DNA of 64,000 nt. Source: Macrostomum lignano (taxonomy: Eukaryota). Positions within the stretch are counted from its first letter, which is position 1, and every line of letters begins with the position of its first letter. Under the pieces are notes generated by a model. It made no database searches. It was not told the origin of the DNA and worked only from the letters and a program-made list of their open reading frames with translations. Shown in pieces: positions 48,194-59,629 of the stretch. The position numbers were made by a program, and so were the translations under genes. The stretch spans positions 318,961-382,960 of the forward strand of contig NIVC01001007.1 of assembly GCA_002269645.1 (NCBI GenBank), in the 5' to 3' direction.

Positions 48194-51051
48194 TTAGGCA
48201 GCGAACCGAGCCAAATCGGCTTTAAACTGAGCCTCACACTTGGCCAGAAGCTCGGGCCCAGTCAGGATGTCAATGCCAGTCATGGCCAGGGCCTTGGCCT
48301 GAGCCAGAGTATACGGCTGGGCCTCCGGTAGGTTAACAAATCGTGTGAACTCCACGCTATGGTTGGGCGCGTCGCCGCCCATGTAGAACATGGGATGGAT
48401 TGCCGGCACAGTGTAACTAACGTTGCCCATATCTGTTGAACCCGACGGCAGTTCCGTGATGCCAACGTGTTCAACACCTAGAGCGGTCAGATTGGCGCTA
48501 TAGGCAGCTCCGAGTGGCGCGTTGCAGATGACGCTGCTGTAGCCGCGGCTTATGTCCTCGATGCTGCATTCGCAGCCGGAGGCGACCGCGCCAGCCCGGA
48601 GGCAGGCTTCAACTCGAGCTCGGAGTACGGCCAGTTCGCGATCGCTAGGACAGCGGACGAAATAGTCTGACGAAATTGATGTTGAAAGAAACATTGTTTC
48701 GGATCGAAGCAGATTTAAGGTGTCAACTTCTAAACAATAACTAAAACGTAATACGTAATACGTCAAGAAAGCCATAGAATTTAAAGTGCAAGTTCAGCTT
48801 CAACCATGACAGATGGTTTCTGCATCAAGAGGCTTTAGCACCGCTTTGGCACCAAGAGGCTTTGGCACCAAGGGCCTTTAGCACCAAGGGGCTTTAGCAC
48901 CAAGGGGCTTTAGCACCAAGGGCTTTAGCACCAAGAGGCTTTAGCACCAAGAGGCTTTAGCACCAAGAGACTTTAGCACCAAGAGGCTTTAGCACCAAGG
49001 GGCTTTAGCACCAAGGGGCTTTAGCACCAAGGGGCTTTAGCACCAAGAGGCTTTAGCACCAAGAGGCTTTAGCACCAAGATACTTTAGCACCAAGAGGCT
49101 TTAGCACCAAGGGGCTTTAGCACCAAGAGGCGAGGCTTTAGCACCAAGAGGCTTTAGCACCAAGAGACTTTAGCACCAAGAGGCTTTAGCACCAAGGGGC
49201 TTTAGCACCAAGAGGCTTTAGCACCAAGAGGCTTTAGCACCAAGGGGCTTGGGCACCAAGAGGCTTTAGCACCAAAGGGCGCCAGCACCAAGGGGCGCCA
49301 GCACCAAGGGGCGCCAGCACCAAGGGGCGCCAGCACCAAGGGGCGCCAGCACCAAGGGGCGCCAGCACCAAGGGGCGCCAGCACCAAGGGGCGCCAGCAC
49401 CAAGGGGCGCCAGCACCAAGGGGCGCCAGCACCAAGGGGCGCCAGCACCAAGGGGCGCCAGCACCAAGGGGCGCCAGCACCAAGGGGCGCCAGCACCAAG
49501 GGGCGCCAGCACCAAGGGGCGCCAGCACCAAGGGGCGCCAGCACCAAGGGGCGCCAGCACCAAGGGGCGCCAGCACCAAGGGGCGCCAGCACCAAGGGGC
49601 GCCAGCACCAAGGGGCGCCAGCACCAAGGGGCGCCAGCACCAAGGGGCGCCAGCACCAAGGGGCGCCAGCACCAAGGGGCGCCAGCACCAAGGGGCGCCA
49701 GCACCAAGGGGCGCCAGCACCAAGGGGCGCCAGCACCAAGGGGCGCCAGCACCAAGGGGCGCCAGCACCAAGGGGCGCCAGCACCAAGGGGCGCCAGCAC
49801 CAAGGGGCGCCAGCACCAAGGGGCGCCAGCACCAAGGGGCGCCAGCACCAAGGGGCGCCAGCACCAAGGGGCGCCAGCACCAAGGGGCGCCAGCACCAAG
49901 GGGCGCCAGCACCAAGGGGCGCCAGCACCAAGGGGCGCCAGCACCAAGGGGCGCCAGCACCAAGGGGCGCCAGCACCAAGGGGCGCCAGCACCAAGGGGC
50001 GCCAGCACCAAGGGGCGCCAGCACCAAGGGGCGCCAGCACCAAGGGGCGCCAGCACCAAGGGGCTTTAGGATCAAGGGGCTTTAGGATCAAGGGGCTTTA
50101 GGATCAAGGGGCTTTAGGATCAAGGGGCTTTAGGATCAAGGGGCTTTAGGATCAAGGGGCTTTAGGATCAAGGGGCTTTAGGATCAAGGGGCTTTAGCAC
50201 AAGGAAACAACAGGGGGCCTTACATCATCAGTATTCAATGGTAACTGCACCATTTGACGTTCAGCAAACATTATTTTCAGCAGACAATTTAACAGAGTTA
50301 CGTTGAATAACTTTTATCAAATCGACTCACCCAGCACAGCTCGCTCAGGGATGATATTGGGCCGCTGGCCGCCCTCCTTCACGATGCCGTGCACCCGCCA
50401 CTCCGGCCGCATCTGCTGCCGCAAGTTCGACACGCTCTGGTAGGCCGTCACGGCCGCGTCAAGGGCGTTGAGGCCCTCCCAGGGCGAGCCGGCAGCGTGG
50501 GACGCCTTGCCGGTGTACGTTGCTCGGAGGAAAGCCACACTGAGGTGCGGCACGTGCACTGCCGTCAGCTTGTACGGGTGCGCCATGAGGGCCACGTCAA
50601 CGTCTTTGAAGAAGCCGGCCTCAATAAAGTTGATCTTTCCGCCGTAGTGCTCCTCTGCCGGCGTCCCGAGCACCGTGACCCTGCCGGCCACGCCGCCCGC
50701 CTCCATGGCCGCCTTGATGCCCAGACCGGCACCCACCGCCACCTCGGCGATCAGGTTGTGTCCGCAGGCGTGCCCGATGCCCGGCAGAGCGTCGAACTCG
50801 CACATCACGGCGATGTGGGGCCGCCCGGCGCCAGCAGACCCGAACTCGGCCTTGAACCCGGTGTCCAGCACGAAGTGCCGCGTCACGCTGAAGCCCGACG
50901 ACTCCAGCGTCTCCGTCAGCAGCTGGTGCGCCATTCGCTCCTCCAGCGCCAGCTCCGGGTTCTGCCACAGGCGGGAACTGACGCCGAGCAGCAGCTCGCG
51001 CGACTCGTCGATCTTGGCGGCCGCGACATCCTTCAGCTGCTGCGGATTCAT
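48194..51051 (-). CDS. PM20D2: Peptidase M20D (PM20D2/ACY1L2-like), copy C, 2 exons, ~397 aa
   Basis: Exons 51051-50331 and 48666-48194. Motifs NPELALEE, EFDALPGIGHACGHNLI, GTPAEE, AHP, GKASHAAGSPWEGLNALDA, GSTDMGNVS, NHS. Confidence 0.92.
48830..50198. repeat. 16-bp minisatellite with three variant zones (GCACCAAGAGGCTTTA / GCACCAAGGGGCGCCA / GGATCAAGGGGCTTTA) in the PM20D2-C intron
   Basis: The central zone, ~49280-50060, is a perfect repeat. Confidence 0.95.
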
Positions 51052-51469
51052 CAGAGCAGTCGCTGAAATGCGGTTGGTAGAAAACCTGAGACAATGAGAC
51101 CTGTAGCGGAATAACGGACTAAAGAAACTGTATCTCGCTACTAACAAGTAAGCAGAAATAACCTGAAAATACATATTTGAGAGCGAAAACGCCTGGAACT
51201 GGAAAAATGTTCAATTATGTATATTTAGGACTATCAAATAGTTCTATTGGAATTAGTCCACTTAATTCAAATTACGATTAAAACAGTTTTCATGAGGATA
51301 TTTTCTCGATTGCTTCATGATAAAATATAAACATTGCAATTCAGTAATTTTTTAGCAAAAAAGACTTTAATAAAGCTTTCGTACCAACTATTTTGGTTAG
51401 AAAAATTTGCACTAGGCAACGAAAAAACACATTTTCGAGTTTCCCATCACAATCAGCTCCAGCCACAGG

Positions 51470-51670
51470 TGCTCAGCTCATCCTTGAGTCTCCCATTACC
51501 CTCAGCTCATCCTTGAGTCTCCCATCATCCTCAGCTCATCCTTGAGTCTCCCATCACCCTCCGCTCTAGCCACAGATGTTCAGCTCATCCTTGAGTCTTC
51601 CATTACCCTCAGCTCTTCCTTGAGTCTCCCATCACCCTCCGCTCATCCTTGAGTCTCCCATCACCCCCGG
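51470..51670. repeat. ~29-bp degenerate repeat (CCTCAGCTCATCCTTGAGTCTCCCATCAC) immediately 3' of the PM20D2-B stop
   Basis: About 6 units. Confidence 0.8.
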
Positions 51671-51673
51671 CTC

Positions 51674-52955
51674 TTAGCCGTAGATGCTCAGATCCTCATG
51701 AAAAGTTTCCCAGCATCGCTGCACCAGCGCAGGCTCCGTGAGCACATCGATGCCGGTCATCGCCAGAGCCTTGGCCTGCTCCAGGACGTAACGCTGCGCC
51801 TCAGCAGCTCCGGCCAGCACCGCAAATCCCGCACTATGCGTGGCAGCGTCGCCACCGATGAAGAACATCGGATGAATGGACGGCACCTCGTAGCTCACAT
51901 TGCCCATGTCGGTTGAGCCGGTGGGCTCCGGGTACAGCTGAGTGTGCTCAACACCCAGAGCTCTCAAGTTCGCACTGTAGGCGCCAGCAAGAGCGCGATT
52001 GGGAATCACATTCTTGTACTCAGGTTCCGACTCTGAGATGAGGCACTCGCATCCGGTTGCCATGGCAGCCGCATGCATGCATTGCTTCACTTTGTTGAGC
52101 AGCAGTTGCGAGTCGCCGCCAGTTGAAGCTCGGGTGCAGTACTCTGGAAGTTGAAGCGTTTGCTGCGTCACCAAGATGCAAGAGCTTAGTTTTGCACTTT
52201 TAATCCGCACTACAGATTGCACTAATAACCTGACCTAGCACAGCTCGCTCAGGGATGATGTTGGGCCGCTGGCCGCCCTCCTTCACGATGCCGTGCACCC
52301 GCCAGTCCGGCCGCATCTGCTGCCGCAGGTTCGACACGCTCTGGTAGGCCGTCACGGCCGCGTCAAGGGCGTTGAGGCCCTCCCAGGGCGAGCCGGCCGC
52401 GTGGGACGCCTTGCCGGTGAAGATAACCTCAATACTACTCAGACTCAAGTGAGCGCTGTGTACCGTTGTCATGCGGTCTGGATGCGCCATCAGAGCGACG
52501 TCAACGTCTTTGAAAAAACCCGCATTGATCATGTTGATCTTGCCGCCCTGTGCCTCCTCTGCCGGCGTCCCGAGCACCGTGACCCTGCCGGCCAGGCCGC
52601 CCGCCTCCATGGCCGCCTTGATGCCCAGACCGGCACCCACCGCCACCTCGGCGATCAGGTTGTGTCCGCAGGCGTGCCCGATGCCCGGCAGAGCGTCGAA
52701 CTCGCACATCACGGCGATGTGGGGCCGCCCGGCGCCAGCAGACCCGAACTCGGCCTTGAACCCGGTGTCCAGCACAAAGTGCCGCGTCACGCTGAAGCCC
52801 GACGACTCCAGCGTCTCCGTCAGCAGCTGGTGCGCCATTCGCTCCTCCAGCGCCAGCTCCGGGTTCTGCCACAGGCGAGAACTGACGCTGAGCAGCAGCT
52901 CGCGCGACTCGTCGATCTTGGCGGCAGCGACATCCTTCAGCTGCTGCGGATTCAT
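51674..52955 (-). CDS. PM20D2: Peptidase M20D (PM20D2-like), copy B, 2 exons, ~396 aa
   Basis: Exons 52955-52235 and 52143-51674 with a 91-bp intron. All M20D metal-ligand motifs are present. Confidence 0.92.
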
Positions 52956-53100
52956 CAGAGCAGTCGCTGAAAATGCAGTCATGTAAACTAATAGTACTCG
53001 TAACTGATATTAAGCTAGGTAAACTTCAGAAGTAAAAAAAATATTAGATCAGAAGACAAAAAAAACAAATTGAAAGTTTCATACAGGTATTAATACGAGC

Positions 53101-53763
53101 CCCTCAGCAACATTGAAAGTTTCCACCCTAGCGCGCGAAGGGTCAACGTTTTGGTGGGTGGAGATCTTTGTGGTTTGAGCCATAGACAAATATATAATCC
53201 GGATTCGAACGAAGCAAAGGAACAGCAAAGAGCAAGTGCACTCCAACCGATGCAGGGCTACATTCCTGTTACTAGGCAGTGCTGTCGGATTCGCCTTCAA
53301 AGGAGTCGTCAAAGGAGTGAGCACCACGCTGCTCGTTTCTCTGCACTTGATCTGCAGTTTGCGGATTGCTGTGTGCGACCGCCCAATTTGGCTAGCAACA
53401 GCTCGGATGGACATCCAGCGTCCAGCATGCCAATGGCCCGCGCTCGTATCAGGTCGGTCATTTGGCGAACCATTGCGTTCGGTTGCGAACGTGGATTTTA
53501 GACTCCTTTAAGCAGCTGCTGTCTGCTCCATGTGACTGTTTCCTTCGAGCTGTCTGGCGTCATGACCCAAGTTTTTGTCTATGGCCCAAGTGCGTGTTGA
53601 CGAAATCATCAATCGTCTATGGCACTTGACGAAATCATCAATCGTCTATGGCACAAGTGCGTGTTGACGAAATCATCAATCGTCTATGGCACAAGTCTGG
53701 CGACAAAAACCATTTTTGAAACTGGCTGGCGCGAGGGTGGAAACTTTTCAATGTTGCTGAGTG
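53101..53763 (-). mobile_element. Internally deleted Tc1/mariner element with transposase N-terminal HTH remnant
   Basis: ~35-bp TIRs: CTCAGCAACATTGAAAGTTTCCACCCT at 53103 and the inverted copy ending GAGTG|TA at 53763. From ATG 53473: MVRQMTDLIRARAIGMLDAG / MSIRAVASQIGRSHTAIRKL...RETSSV, typical of a Tc1 paired-like HTH, with a frameshift and no DDE domain. Confidence 0.8.
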
Positions 53764-54114
53764 TAGAGCCGGGGTAGACCAGCTCAGCGGTAAAAGCGTC
53801 CGACCCTTCGCGGCCACATTCATTTGGGGCTTGTGTGTGCAAGAAGGGGGAGTTTGTCCTGCGATTTACAGCCACGAGGACCAAAGACCACCCTGTGGAA
53901 CATTATATATTAGACTATGATTTAAAATACGAGATCCTTTAACGAGCTAGTGGAGAAAAAGTTAAAACAGCATAAAATATTGTAAATTACAGCTTGCGGC
54001 TGCATGAAAGTCATTTAATTAGGGTTAGGACATAAATGGTAAAGTTTTTAACATTGACAGAGAAAGAACATTGCTAGTAGAACTAATTATACAGCTTTGA
54101 TGGCCTTTCCAGAT

Positions 54115-54337
54115 AACTTTTGACAACCAAACTGACTATCCTCAATACGCTGCCTGCGAGGGGCCCCGGCTGCGTGTTGCCCTAGTTTATGAACCATAGA
54201 CTGCAAGTGATAAAAAGCTACCCACATTGAGAATCGATCGTTTTATTACTTTCCATGGTTCATAGACTATGGCAAGAAGCAGCCAAGACCCCTCGCAGGC
54301 AGCGTATGCAGGATTCTCAGTTAGGCTGACAAAAGCT
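54115..54337. mobile_element. Aged imperfect foldback (MITE-like), ~85-bp arms
   Basis: TACGCTGCCTGCGAGGGG at 54146 pairs with CCCCTCGCAGGCAGCGTA at 54289-54306. Flanking segments also pair with mismatches. Confidence 0.65.
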
Positions 54338-54749
54338 ATAGTAGCGTTGTATGTTGGCAAAGCACTACCGGGTGAGGATTTACCATAGACATTCTCGGCT
54401 TTTTGTACGGAAATTTAATCTCGAATTATCTGCAGTTAAAGGACCCACTCCATCCATTTAGATAGAATAATTGCCATCCCAGTGGTCTGCTTTCCCAAAT
54501 TGATTCTAATTACTCAGCCACAAAATTAGTACATAAAAATTTATATTAATGCACGTTAGTAGCTATATGGGTTAAAGATTTTTGTAAAAATCTAGTTACA
54601 AAATTGCGTAGAACAATATCTCTAGCATGGAAAACTGTAGTAGTCTTAAAATCGTAGAAAGACCCTGGCCTACACTCGCCAGTTCGCAATTCATATATTT
54701 TTTTTACAAATAGTTGTATCAAAATCAAATGAAAACGGTACCCAGGCCA

Positions 54750-56065
54750 AGCAGCGTCCCGGAGTCACTTGCGTTGTCCCAGAGTCGTTTCAGATGACAT
54801 GGGTAAAATTGGAAAGAAGAGACTCCAAACGACTCTAAAACGACGAGATGTCACGGTACAAGTCGCCAAAAGTCAGCAAAGAGTTATGCAAGAGTCATTT
54901 TAAAGCAGCATTATATTGTCCGCGACTTTGGGGCAACGCAAGTGACCAGCTGGGACGCTTTTACGACTCTGGGGCCCCCGTAGAGTCGTATCTAGGGCGA
55001 GCTAGAGTCGTTTTAGAATCACTGAGTTGCGTCACATAGTAAAATAGAATCTTATTTCGCATTTATAACAACTCGATTGTCTATTTAGTGTACTAGACCC
55101 GTTAAAACGTTACCATGACAAGAATCGCTAAAGAGTCATTGCAAACAACTCTCTAGTGACTTTAGTGACTCTGTGGCAACTCTGGTGACTTTTTAACGAC
55201 TCAAACGACTGCAATGCGACGGAGAGGCGACTTTTGCGTTAGTTGCAGAACCGTAAAAGTGTTGGCGCTGAACTTTCTCTAGAGATGTGACTCTGATTCA
55301 TCAAGTGACTCTATAGTGACTCTAGAACGTCTCAAACACGACTCTACGGCCCCAGAGTCGTTTCAGGGTCGCAGGTAATAAAACGCTCCAAAGCGTTTTA
55401 TTGGATTGGCGATTCTTGAGCGGCTTGACTTTTTGGCGGCTTGTACCGTAATATCTTGTCGGTTTAGTCGTTTAGAGTCACTTCTTTCTTATTTTACCTG
55501 TGTCATCTGCAACAACTCTGAAACGAATATGGGGCGACGCAAGTGACTCTGGGCCTAGGTGCTGTTCTCATCGGGTAGGCCAAGAAGCATCCCAGACTCA
55601 GTTGCTTCTCCCAGAGTTGTTTCAGAGTCAGTTTGTGCAGATAATAGATAAAATAAGAAAAAAGTGACCTCTAGACGACTCTAAAACGACGAGATGTCAC
55701 GGTACAAGTCGCCAAAAAGTTGTAAAAGAGGCAGTCGCCTACGAGTGAGAGTCAATTTGAAGTGTTTTATTGTCTGCGACTCTGGGGCGACGCAAGTGAC
55801 CTATGACGCTTTTAAAATGACACTGGGGCCGCAGAGTCAGATCTGAGGCGTGCTGGAGTCGCCGTAGAATCACTGAGTTGCGTCACTTAGTAAATTGAAT
55901 CGACGTGTAGTGTACTTAGGTCAAACTCTGACACAACGACTCTTGGACGGCTTTTTGCGAATCTTTTACAATTCTGCAACTGGTTTGAGCCTTATCTGTC
56001 GCACCACAGTCGTTTGAGTTGTTTGCAGTGACTCTAGCGATTCTGGTGACAGTAACCTTTTCAAT
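54750..56065. mobile_element. GAGTC/GACTC-rich dispersed element cluster: partial + copy, inverted copy, + copy
   Basis: Anchor GACTCTAAAACGACGAGATGTCACGGTACAAG at 54831 and 55677; the inverted version is at ~55441-55475. 55098-56065 forms a ~1-kb imperfect palindrome. Confidence 0.7.
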
Positions 56066-56140
56066 GTGAAACGTTATGCAGGAAACTATCTTGAAAACCA
56101 ACTTCTTTTAGCTGTCCAAGAACTCCTAGTAAACATAGCG

Positions 56141-59063
56141 CTAAAAGTCCTTCAGCCTGGCCATATCGGCTCGAAAACCTTCCCAGATCTGTTCGAGCAC
56201 GCCAGGCTGCGTCAGAATATCGATGCCAGTCATAGCCAGCGCCTTGGCCTGAGTCAGGGCGTGCGGCTGAGCAGCTGGGTCGCCAGCCAGCTCAGCAAAA
56301 TCGCGTGTGTGAATAGCCGCCTGGCCACCAACTGAGAACATTGGATGAACTGACGGCACCTCGTAGCTCACGTTGCCCATGTCTGTGGAGCCGATAACCG
56401 CATCTGGCTCTGATTCTAGGAAAGGCTCATTCAATCTGACCAAGTTCTTCGTGTAAAATTTAATCAAAGACTCGTTGGTTATCAAGTTACTGTTGGCGTG
56501 TCCGTTTATCTCGGACTGCCAACTGCAGCCAGTGGCGAGAGCGGCAGCGTCAAAGCAGGCATCCACTTTGCGACGCAAAACGGCGAGTTCTTTGTCTGTT
56601 GGAGCGCGGATGTAGTACTCTGCGGGAGAGCAGGTACATCTGGGATAGGCAAACTTTCGTTTGGAGTGTCTATTTATCTGTTTGGATGATTGATTCGAAC
56701 TTTAAAACGGCCCTTTTAGGGCTATTATCGCTTTGTGATTTTAACTGTAAAATGGCCTTTCTGGGACTCTACTTGCTTTGTGATTTTATATGCAAAGTGT
56801 AAATAAAAATTCCTAAATGTCGACAACTTCTAGAATGAAAACCCTGTAATGACAATCAAACTTAGAGGGGTTGGAAATATATGGTGCGCACTTGAAGCAT
56901 TTAGTTTTGTAAATCAGGAAAACAGGGACTCTTTTATGTACTATGTCCAATGCATCTTGATGAGTCACCTGGTAAGACATTGACCGCGAGAGAGTGGCAA
57001 CAGGTCAATTCCGCTGTGAAAGACTAACCGCCCTGATCTGAGGTAGAAATACAATGGGGCGCTTTTATACAAGACCTAAAAATCGCATCGCCGAAAGTCA
57101 AATTAGAACGGTCAATTCACAAGACCTGAACTTCACAAGACCTAAACTTCACAAGATCCTAACTTCATAGGACCTAAACTTCACAGGACCTGAACTTCAT
57201 AGGACCTAAATTTTACAAATCCAAAAACTTTACAAGACCTAACATTCACAGAACCTAAATTTCATAGACCCAAAACTTGACAGGACCTAAACTTCAGAGA
57301 AACTAAACTTCATAAGACCTAAACTGTATAGGACCTAAATTTCACGAGACCTATACATCACAGGACTTAGGATTCACATGGCTTTCTTTTTCTACTATTA
57401 GTAGGCAATGCTAGGCATGTAAGATTCGATAAAAATCAAAGGGACATGACTTATTTTTAAACCGGATCATCGCGTACCCAGCACAGCTCGCTCAGGGATG
57501 ATGTTGGGCCGCTGGCCGCCCTCCTTCACGATGCCGTGCACCCGCCAGTCCGGCCGCATCTGCTGCCGCAGGTTCGACACGCTTTGGTAGGCCGTCACGG
57601 CCGCGTCAAGGGCGTTGAGGCCCTCCCAGGGCGAGCCGGCAGCGTGGGACGCCTTGCCGGTGAAGGTGACGTCGAATGCCTGGATGCTAAGCGCACGCGG
57701 ACGAGCCACAGTCAGCTTGTAGGGGTGCGCCATCATTGCGACGTCCACATCGGTGAAGAATGCCGATCTGCACAGTGTTCAGCGGCGTGTGACATGCGCT
57801 TCTTAGTCGTTTAAACTTAAAGAGTCGTTTAAGCGTCATTGCAGTTGACATAAGTAAAATAGGAAAGAGTCTCTAAATGACTCTAAAACGATGAGATGTT
57901 CCGGTACAAGCCGTCAAAAAGTCATTAACGAGTCCGTCAAGATTCATGAATTACCTTCAAGCATTTTATTGCCTCTAGGGCGACGCTGGAGCAACGTTAT
58001 AACGACTCTGGGGTCGTAAAGTCGTGTTTGAGGCGTGCTAAAGTCGCTGTAGAGTCACTGAGTTGCGTTTGAAGCGCAATTGCATCGCATGATGAATTGA
58101 GCCGCATCTCTAGCAATAGTAAGCGCCAACACGATTCTTGTATGACTCTTGCGCAACTCTTTTACGGTTCTGCAACTGACGTAACGCGCTAATTGTGACG
58201 CAAAAGTCGCCTCTCCGTCGTATTGCAGTCGTTTGAGTCGTCAAAAGTCACAAGAGTTGCCGCAAAATCACTAGCAATGGCTCTTTAGCGATTCTTGTCA
58301 TGGTAACGTTTTTAACGGGAAAGTACGAGTAGCATTGCGATAGTATCCGAATACAATGATAAAAACCATCGAGATTGAATTTCTTAGAATGTGCCGCTTC
58401 AAAAATAACACCAAGATTAAGTGTCCGAATTTTGCGCACACACTTCTTTTCCTGTCACAGTACCAGTATGTCATAACCTCTATGTTCTAAAACTATTATC
58501 GATAATTACTGTTTCTTATTAAAGTCATATAAATTCTTCACAACTCACTGAACCAACAGAGCAAGATATATTACAGAGAAAATGCTATTGACTAGATTCC
58601 GTGCGTGGCCCCACCAAGTCTTAGTAGTCGCACCTGATCATGTCGATCTTTCCGCCGTGTGCCTCCTCTGCCGGCGTCCCGAGCACCGTGACCCTGCCGG
58701 CCAGGCCGCCCGCCTCCATGGCCGCCTTGATGCCCAGACCGGCGCCCACCGCCACCTCGGCGATCAGGTTGTGTCCGCAGGCGTGCCCGATGCCCGCAGA
58801 GCGTCGAACTCGCACATCACGGCGATGTGGGGCCGCCCGGCGCCAGCAGACCCGAACTCGGCCTTGAACCCGGTGTCCAGCACGAAGTGCCGCGTCACGC
58901 TGAAGCCTGACGACTCCAGCGTCTCCGTCAGCAGCTGGTGCGCCATTCGCTCCTCCAGCGCCAGCTCCGGGTTCTGCCACAGGCGGGAACTGACGCCGAG
59001 CAGCAGCTCGTGCGACTCGTCGATCTTGGCGGCCGCGACATCCTTCAGCTGCTGCGGCTCCAT
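56141..59063 (-). CDS. PM20D2: Peptidase M20D (PM20D2-like), copy A, 3 exons, ~399 aa, with one apparent 1-bp frameshift
   Basis: Exons 59063-58634, 57767-57478, 56619-56141. One G is missing at ~58796 relative to copies B and C (TGCCCGCAGA vs TGCCCGGCAGA). The sequence is otherwise intact. Confidence 0.85.
57112..57370. repeat. 16-bp degenerate repeat (AAGACCTAAACTTCAC) in PM20D2-A intron 2
   Basis: Visible periodicity. Confidence 0.8.
57795..58319 (+). mobile_element. Fourth copy of the GAGTC-rich element, inside PM20D2-A intron 1
   Basis: Anchor at 57879. 58140-58319 is the reverse complement of ~55098-55260 and ends in TTAACGGG. Confidence 0.7.
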
Positions 59064-59629
59064 CGGGACAGCGGCGAGTAAGCCGCTGAAAGTTGGTCAA
59101 CACAATTTTGTGCCAGAGAACCGCAACTGTGCCTGCATGCAGTGACAGCCAGTGGTAACATGTGCAGTACCACAGGGTCTATCTATGCAGTTCATGCAAC
59201 GTATAACGTGTGCTACAAAAACACACAGGCCGTTCTGTGGGAATCGGAACTTGCAAGTATTTGGTTTTACGAGTGTCTGTACTCTGTAGATAAAGATATC
59301 TAGATAAAACAAAGCCAGCGGAATGAGTGCCCCGCACCGAAGCTACAGTGCTTGGCATAATCGAAATGACACACGCATTCAAGAGAATCGAGGCAAGTTG
59401 CAAGTATTGAATATTAGTCAAGTTTTCTGATATCTTTAACGTTTCAACCTTAGTAGGCAGTTGGAGGAACTGACACGTGAAATGTATTAGCTTTTATTGA
59501 AATCATAAAATTGCAGTTACTATTTCAAAGCCAAAGATCAATACATATTAAATAACGGTTTTCGAAAGAAACTCTGAGCGTAACAAAGTTTATCTTAGTC
59601 ACCACGAGAATTGTTAGTATCTTAGAGAC

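Noticed and set aside
49202-50091. 285-aa LVLAPLGAGAPWCWRP repeat ORFs in three frames
   Set aside because: A stop-free 16-bp satellite inside the PM20D2-C intron.
53770-53815. tRNA-like A-box (CAGCTCAGCGGTAAAAGCGTCCGAC)
   Set aside because: No B box or downstream stem; at most a degraded SINE head.
50389-59145. Plus-strand 140-225 aa ORFs repeated at each PM20D2 copy
   Set aside because: Antisense shadows; their repetition only reflects the near-identical sense tracts.
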